Shown here: piece by piece, positions 55,969-64,000 of the stretch
How the letters are laid out: the number at the start of each line of letters is the position of its first letter
Numbering within the stretch: the stretch's first letter is position 1
Assembly: GCA_951406725.2 (NCBI GenBank)
Contig: OX597832.1
Location: 55,738,001 to 55,802,000, forward strand
Source of the DNA: Octopus vulgaris
Taxonomy: Eukaryota
Direction of reading: 5' to 3'
DNA: 64,000 nt
Program-made: the position numbers and the translations under genes
The notes under the pieces: generated by a model
What the model saw: only the letters and a program-made list of their open reading frames with translations
Told to the model about the DNA's origin: nothing
Database searches by the model: none

Positions 55969-56495
55969 TAGTTCTCTCCCCTGAAATTGCTGGCCTTGTT
56001 TCTAAGTAGAAAGGCTTATACAACGGGCTGTCTTCGCAATGATTCAGAAGACACGTGCAGTGGTTTCTATTCGTGTTATGCGATATCTCTATTATAAAAT
56101 ATCGCAAGTAGGTGGTTCTTCGAGGAATTAGCCAGTTGAGCATCGAAGTTTAATTAGTAAGGAGGAAGACGTCAACCGTAAACTAAACGAGATTAAGCAA
56201 ATTCTTGTTAATAATAGCCATTGGAACACGCGTAATAAATAGGTGTATGAAACTGTTCAAATTAAGAGCCGTCGAGCATGAACGCGCTAGTTACCCATTG
56301 CTGTCATAGAATCTGATATTGTGATCTGGTTACTGTATCACCTGAAACAGATCTACGGCAGCTAAAATGCTGCTTTTTTTTATTTTGTTTTGCCTTTTTT
56401 TTCGCTCTGCATAGCAGTTGTGCGTTCTCAGAAAAGAGAAACGGAAATTCTGGATACTCATGCCTTTCATTAGCAGAAAGAATTAGCGGTATGGG

Positions 56496-57058
56496 CAGCG
56501 CTGGATTAACCCTTAAGCAAAATAAGCACGTGCTTAGGGGTAGCAAGGGAAGGAGCGGAGGGGCACCACAGAAATGGTAAATGGCTTACGGCACAAATGA
56601 AATCACTTTAAACTTGCTAAAATAATATTCGGGATGCCTTTATCTCTACTAAGTATAGATGCAGATGTGTTACCTAAGATTAATTTTGAGGATGTGATCA
56701 AAGGCACAGGAGTGGCTGTGTGGTAAGTTGCTTGGTTACCAACAACATGGTCTTGGGCTCAGTTCCACTGCTTGGCACTTTGGGCAAGTGTTTTCTACTA
56801 TAGCCTCAACCAAAAGCTGAAACTGGAGAGAAAAAAAACTTTGCAATTCAAAAAGTAGGAGGAAACTTTTCAAATATAAATAAAGTGGAATTATACAAAA
56901 ATAAACATTATTTTCCCTCTTGCTGTTTTGTTTCGCTTTGAAAAATAAAAATTTATTTTGTGGTTTGTTATTGTTTATATTTTGAATTACATAATCTTTT
57001 ATGGGGGCACCAAAACCTTTTAAGTGCTTTGGGCCACGATGGGTCTTAACCCGGCCCT
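56496..57058 (+). mobile_element. Internally deleted hAT transposon with a SINE A head inserted (about 56703-56810)
   Basis: TIRs CAGCGCTGGATTAA and TTAACCCGGCCCTG; 8-bp TSD GGTATGGG/TGTATAGG (6 of 8 match); residual dimerisation-domain translation ALSLLSIDADVLPKINFEDVIK..FAIQKSRRK. Confidence 0.85.
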
Positions 57059-57591
57059 GTGTATAGGTGAAGTGTAAATGGCTTCAAAATGGTACAGAAG
57101 CCGCCCTGATTTGTCGTATTTAATGAGTTTACTCCATGTTATGTTGGACTATTGTATAAAATATATATAAAGTTAGACGGAGGCCAAAATACTTAATGTG
57201 ATGGGTCGAAATATTCGTCTAATAAATTAGTATTCGTAAAAAAGACATAAAACATCAGTTTCAAATTTTGACACGTGGCCAACAATTTTAGGGGAGGGTT
57301 AAGTCGATTACATCGATCCCCAGTGTTCAACTGGAACTTACTTTACCGACCCCGAAAGAATGAAAAGCAAAGTGGACCTCCTCGGAATTTGAACTCAGAA
57401 CCAAAAGCCGGACGAAATGTTGTTAGTATTTTGCAGACAAGAAAGTATATTTCGAATGTATTACAGCTGTAAAAACAGTAGAGGAAGATTGGATATTTAT
57501 CCTTAGAAGACGGGAAGAAGTTGTCTGTTGGCAACTTTTTGCCATCTTCTAAAGGTTAAATGCTTAAGCTTTCTCTGCTATTTCACAGCTA

Positions 57592-57930
57592 TAGGAGGAA
57601 ACCCTCTTCGGTCATGACTGACCACGGGATTGCACCTAGAAAGTTACCTTCCAAGGCACAAGTCAGGGCAAGATTGTTTGTGGAAGGCTTGCAGTCGCCC
57701 ATGCATACCGGCCTCCCCTCTCCGCGCCACCAGTGCAATCCAAGGGAAAGGCAAAGGGGCCGATACAGCTTGGCACCTGTGATGTCGCAACTCATTTCTA
57801 CAGCTGAGTTAACTGGAGCAACTTGAAATAAAGTGTCTTGCTCAAGAACACAACACACAGCCCGGTCCGGGAATCGAACTCACAACCTCACGATCGTAAG
57901 CTCTACGCTCTAACCACTAAACCATGCGCC
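57592..57930 (-). mobile_element. SINE family C variant
   Basis: tRNA-like head on the minus strand and a flanking direct repeat TTCACAGCTA (57582-57591, 57931-57940). Confidence 0.8.
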
Positions 57931-58070
57931 TTCACAGCTACACTGTACTCGAAATATACTTTCGTGTCTGTAATATATATATAAATATATATATAAACAA
58001 CTGCAGTGTTGAAGGTGTTTATAAGCCATTTAAGAACCACACAAAAACCGTTAGATTCACTTCAACATAT

Positions 58071-58204
58071 AAATTTAATTTGTCAAAATATTTTCGTCGC
58101 TTTGAGACCGTGACCTGTTCACTGACAAAATTCCGTGCTGCATCTCTTGTCAGTGAACAGGTCGTGGTCTCAAAGCGACGAAAATATTTTGGCAAATTAA
58201 ATTT
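58071..58204. repeat. Fold-back (58-bp arms) with two G3:C8 hammerheads (58079-58129 minus, 58147-58196 plus)
   Basis: Same family as 55405-55535. GTGAACA is present in both arms. Confidence 0.85.
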
Positions 58205-58265
58205 GAATTTAAACAGCGAGAAAAAAAAACATATATATGAACATACATATGTATATATATGTATA

Positions 58266-58673
58266 CAGCAATCCGTCGCCATATCGGGGTTCACCTATTG
58301 CACACTCGGTACATCGCGGATTTTTCTGGCTACAGTATGTAAATTTATATCGCGGACTCCTCAGTATATCGCGGGTTTCTGCGACTGCTAGATATTTATA
58401 AATTTTAGATTTTAATTATTTCTGTGTTAAAATAAGCATTTTCACGCCCCAAAAAATTAATAAACTAGTAAATAAAAATAGAGTACAGTACTGCATTGTA
58501 TAACACGTTAATTAGAATATATTAAAAGAAAGTACGTAGGGTACCGTAGATGAGTAAACAAAGAGTCGCACATACTGTTTGGAAAACGAAACCCGGGAGG
58601 TGAGCATGTAGTGTTGTGCATTTATAATAAAATAGATATATACAAATTATATATATACATATACATATACATC

Positions 58674-58736
<63 letters not shown>

Positions 58737-58815
58737 TACTGTTTCTACTTCGCGGATTTTCACCTATCGCGTGAGGTTTTCGAATGTAATACCCGCGATA
58801 ATCGAGGGCTTACTG
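58266..58815. mobile_element. Tigger/pogo-like MITE
   Basis: TA-CAGCAATCCGTCG at the left, CGAGGGCTTACTG-TA at the right, and internal TATCGCGG repeats. Confidence 0.7.
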
Positions 58816-58872
58816 TATATATTCATGCGGTGCTCCAGCATGACCGCAGCTGCATGGCTGAAAGGAATAAAG

Positions 58873-58914
<42 letters not shown>

Positions 58915-58917
<3 letters not shown>

Positions 58918-59687
58918 GATAAATATCAGAGTGAGTTATCAACAGTAGCAGAAACACATCGTGATGTAAATATGCCATTTGAATATGGCTAACCCCTAAG
59001 GGTGGATGCTACTGTAGCTTTTAGCCCCAGGAAGACATCTCCTCCAGCTGGCTATAGACACACTTTCTGTGCCCTATCAGTATTTGCAAAGGGAAGCCAT
59101 CCTTCCCGTCTTCAACTTATGATACACACGGACCCGAGTTTCAAGGTATTGACCTATCATCAGCGTGTGACAATCACAGTTGTCGATAGGAAGGAGGTCC
59201 TCTTTACAAATACATATACTTTTGCACAGAAAGTGTGTCTATAGCCAGCTGGAGGAGATGTCTTCCTGGGGCTAAAAACTACAGTAGCATCCACCCTTAG
59301 GGGTTAGCCATATTCAAATGGCATATTCACATCACGATGTGTTTCTGCTACTGTTGATAACTCACTCTGATATTTATCATTGTTTGATTTCACTTTTTCA
59401 ATATCAGTGTCACTGAACACTGGAAAAAGTATATGTATTTGTAAAGAGGACCTCCTTCCTATCGACAACTGTGATTGTCACACGCTGATGATAGGTCAAT
59501 ACCTTGAAACTCGGGTCCGTGTGTATCATAAGTTGAAGACGGGAAGGATGGCTTCCCTTTGCAAATACTGATAGGGCACAGAAAGTGTGTCTATAGCCAG
59601 CTGGAGGAGATGTCTTCCTGGGGCTAAAAACTACAGTAGCATCCACCCTTAGGGGTTAGCCATATTCAAATGGCATATTTACATCAC
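58915..59687. mobile_element. Hammerhead-bearing element: inverted copy plus a 1.3-mer tandem of a 352-nt unit
   Basis: 58915-59223 is the reverse complement of sequence within 59224-59687. GCACAGAAAG at 59224 and 59576 gives the period. Confidence 0.85.
59479..59523 (+). ncRNA. Canonical-core type-I hammerhead (identical mirror copy at 59125-59169, minus)
   Basis: cacacg-CTGATGA-t-AGGTcaatACCT-t-GAAA-CTCGGG-TC-cgtgtg. Helix I is 6 bp and the predicted cut follows C59517. Confidence 0.9.
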
Positions 59688-60188
59688 TATATACATATGT
59701 GTGTGGTGCTAACGTTTTACCTCACAAACTACCCACTGCTTGCTTTGGGCAACCTGAACACGCAAGTCACGTCCCTCGGCCACGACGCTGATAAGAAGAA
59801 CATCATCTGTTCTAAACTCGGTAAAGTTAGATAACAACCACTGATTACAACAGAACTGTCTGGGATTAATGTAGCGAAGCTTCAAATAATTTCATTTGTT
59901 CAATAGAAGCTCTGTCGCGTCGGTTTTACGTTTTCAATTATATGATGTATGTATGTATGTATGTATGTATGTATGTATGTATGTATGTATGTATGTATGT
60001 ATGTATGTATGTATGTATGTATGTATGTATGTATGTATGTATGTATGTATGTGTGTGTGTATGTGTGTGTGTGTATGTATGTATATATATATATATATAT
60101 ACTACACATGACACCTAATTCAATATTTATGCTAATGATAAGTTTCATACAAACCTTTTCAATTAGCTATCATACTAGAAAACCAGAA

Positions 60189-60224
<36 letters not shown>

Positions 60225-60255
60225 GCTACTGCTGCTGCTGCTGCTACTACTACTG

Positions 60256-60300
<45 letters not shown>

Positions 60301-60760
60301 TCGCTGTTGCTGCTGCTGTTCTTACTACTTTTCAAAGACCCCTTTATTCATTGATTACAAGGGACCGACCCCTGCATATAGACGAGCTTCATTATAAGCA
60401 ATTTACTGTTTTTGGTTCGTTTGTGCTCTGACGACCTTCCCATACTTCTTTGCGAACCTCACGATCAATTACGAGTCTACGCCTTCGCCGATTCCATGAC
60501 CTCGACACCAAATTATCATCGCTTCATATACAGGATGGGAGTGCTTTGGTCCAATCTCTATGATGATGTGTATTGCACGAATGCCAACTGTCTCCTAATT
60601 TTCTCTGCTTTCAGTACAATCTTCACCTTATTTATTTATATATTAGAAAGGGCCACTTTACGATCAGAAAGGGCCATTTTAAAGATATATATTTTGGAGT
60701 ACTTTTAATTCTTCTTAGCCTTTAATAAGACAACGTACCGTAACGTACTAGTAATGTTTC

Positions 60761-61358
60761 TTATTTCTTTACTGCCCGCAAGGGGCTAAACACAGAGGGG
60801 ACAAACAAGGACAGACAAAGGGATTAAGTCGATAACATCGACTCCAGTGCGTAACTGGTACTTAATTTATCGACCCCGAAAGGATGAAAGGCAAAGTCGA
60901 CCACGGCGGAATTTTAACTCAGAACGTAGCGGCAGACGAAATACCTATTTCTTTACTACCCACAAGGGGCTAAACACAGAGGGGACAAACAAGGACAAAG
61001 GGATTATGTCGATAACATCGACCCCAGTGCGTAACTGGTACTTAATTCATCGACCTCGAAAGGATGAAAGGCAAAGTCGACCTCGAGGGAATTTGAACTC
61101 AGAACGTAGCGGCAGACGAAATACCTATTTCTTTGCTACCTACAAGGAGCTAAACATAGAGAGGACAAACAAGGTCAGACAAAGGGATTAAGTCGATTAT
61201 ATCGACCCCAGTGCGTAACTGGTACTTATTTAATCGACCCCGAAAGGATGAAAGGCAAAATCGACCTTGGCGGAATTTGAACTCAGAACGTAGCTGCAGA
61301 CGAAATGCCGCTAAGCATTTCGCCCGGCGTGCTAACGTTTCTGCCAGCTCACCGCCTT
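60761..61358 (-). mobile_element. SINE family B with three tandem ~180-bp body units
   Basis: TATTTCTTT unit starts at about 60762, 60946 and 61126, with a single head at about 61305-61358. Confidence 0.9.
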
Positions 61359-61795
61359 AACGTAACGTTACCTTACTGGTCACGTTTCTACTCTACAAAT
61401 GACTTTGCCGGGAGCGCGTCGGAAATATTGGCTACATACCACGACATTTCTCTTCCTTTTTCCGAAATCCTTGTCTTCCCAGTTTTCCACTAAATTCATA
61501 TATGTTGAGCGAAAACACCTAAAGCACCACAAGGCTCCGGCAAGGAGTAGTGGTGAATCCTGCGGTACTCTTTCACCATAACTTTCTCTCACTCTTGCTA
61601 TCTGTTTTTGTTGTACCTGTATTTCAAAGGGGCCAGACTTGTCACACTCTGTGTCACGCTGAACCTCTCCGAGAACTACGTTAAGGATACACGTGTCTGT
61701 GGAGTGCTCAGTCACTTGCACGTTGATTTCACGAGCAGGCTATTCCGTTCATAGGATCAATTGGAAGCCTCGTCGTCGCAACCGACGGAGTGCCA

Positions 61796-61839
<44 letters not shown>

Positions 61840-62327
61840 TTATTTACTTATGTGTAGATATCAGCTTATGAATATGTGTACACACTCATACATACACATG
61901 CAGATATATATATGTATGTATGTATGCATTTCATATATGTATTCATGTATGCATGTACTTACGTATATGTAAATCTATACGTGTCCGTGCGTTCGCTTTG
62001 CAAAGTGTGGAAAGATTATGATTACGGTGCGATTATGTCCAGTGATTATTAAGTAAAGTAAAGCAAGCAATATATAATAAAGCCAGGATTTTGTTCAATA
62101 TAATTGAGTCGAGCAAGTGTTGCATGGCGATATATCAAAACTCCATTAATATAGTCGACGTACGGCAATAACTCACCCACAAACTACAGAAATATTAGCG
62201 ATTCGAATTAACGTACATAGCCAGCGCACACATAAATGTATCATGTATCATATATGTATATATATATGTATATATATATATATATATATACATATATATA
62301 TGTATGTATTTATATATATATATATAC

Positions 62328-62358
<31 letters not shown>

Positions 62359-62441
62359 GATATATATATGTATGTATCTATATATACATGTATATATATG
62401 CATATGTATGTATTACGAATATATATTTGTATGTATTTATA

Positions 62442-62483
<42 letters not shown>

Positions 62484-62650
62484 TATATATATGTATGCAT
62501 TTATGTATATATATGCATATATATATATGTATATATATACATATATATATGCATATATATATATATGTATATATATATACAGATATATATATATGCATAT
62601 ATATATACATATATATATATGCATATATATATATGTATATATATACATAC

Positions 62651-62754
<104 letters not shown>

Positions 62755-62947
62755 TGTTTTTAACAGGTTATTATTGCTGATGTATATAGCACAATCCCTA
62801 TCCTTAACACACAGCAACAAAACGTCAATGGAGATTTGCCAGGAATATCTCGTTCGACCAACAACTTTCTCTATCTAATCCAATAATCCCAGAGATACAT
62901 GTTATATCATAATGCATATGGTATATGTATAGGGAATGTGTGCATGG

Positions 62948-63065
<118 letters not shown>

Positions 63066-64000
63066 TGTGTATAATGTGCGATGGCGCGTGGCCCAGTGTT
63101 TAGGATATTGTGGTTATATGATCGCTAAATCATGTATGTATGCATGTATGTAAACAAACACACGCATAGATACATATATATATATATATATACATACGTA
63201 CATTCAGTTTCGACACAATATATACATACATATATAATCACCGACGTAAACATAACTATATACCCACTTTCACACACGCATATATATATATATGTGTCTG
63301 TGTGTGTATGTGTGCGTGCGTGCGTGTGCGCGTGTGTGTGTGTTTTATATATATATATGTATGTCTTTATATCTACACTTGTCCGTGTGTGTTTGTGTGT
63401 GTGTGTTTTTATACACTGGTGTTCGCATGTTTGTGTACATATACACACATACACACATACACATGTATGAGGGTATGTGTACGATATGCTTGAGCATACA
63501 TCTGGGTATATATACCCACATATAGACAGGAACCTTTGATGAAGCGCCTTCAAAAATCCCTTCTAAAGTCTGCCTTAGTTTTTCCTTATTCGTTCTATGT
63601 AGTCTGTCAGTGTATTTATCCCACAACAGTTCGGTAGATTAGGAATTTTACTGTAATGTATCCTGTCCAGAAATGCTACGAAACAGGAGCAAACGAATTT
63701 AAGCTCAGGACACTTTAGTTCAAAGTCCAGCACCTCATCCAGTTGGCTATTTAATTGGATATATCAAACGAAGGATTATAGTTTTAATCCTTTTCCTATA
63801 CGACATAACGTCAATCCACGTTGATAACGTTCCCAGAGGATCTGAATTACATTCCTAATAACAAGCTGAACTCTTTGTATAGACAATCAGCCATGTTGTC
63901 CGTTGAGAAGAACTAATCACTTACAATTGGATTGCAACTTATTACAAATGAGCGGGATACTATTAACTCTTTAAACTCATGTCATTTAGAATGTTGAACA

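Noticed and set aside
59782-59922. cgacg-CTGATAA...GAAG...GTC-g-cgtcg candidate
   Set aside because: Two core mismatches and an undefined long helix II.
60427-60460. CTGACGA box (also CTGAAGA at about 39842 and minus-strand CTGATGA at about 31391)
   Set aside because: No matching GAAA or helices; isolated boxes are expected by chance.

Overview
AT-rich, microsatellite-saturated eukaryotic non-coding DNA. The SINE families and repeat make-up look like an octopus (coleoid cephalopod) genome; this is recognised by eye, not by database search. No host protein-coding exon can be supported, and nearly all of the supplied ORFs are translated microsatellites. The window contains three or more tRNA-derived SINE families, fragments of R4/Dong-like and RTE-like non-LTR retrotransposons, mariner, pogo/Tigger-like and hAT DNA-transposon relics, two Penelope-like GIY-YIG relics and several minisatellites. 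The main signal is about 20 type-I hammerhead ribozyme (HHR) motifs from around 10 sequence-unrelated families. Most have the palindromic helix III typical of Penelope-associated HHRs. Many sit in head-to-head fold-back elements, often next to (TA)n tracts. Notable cases are a compensatory G3:C8 core variant (3 copies), a shared A6U subfamily, a 352-nt tandem retrozyme-like unit, and a 245-bp direct repeat carrying an HHR on each strand. All folds were paired by eye and ribozyme activity is inferred.
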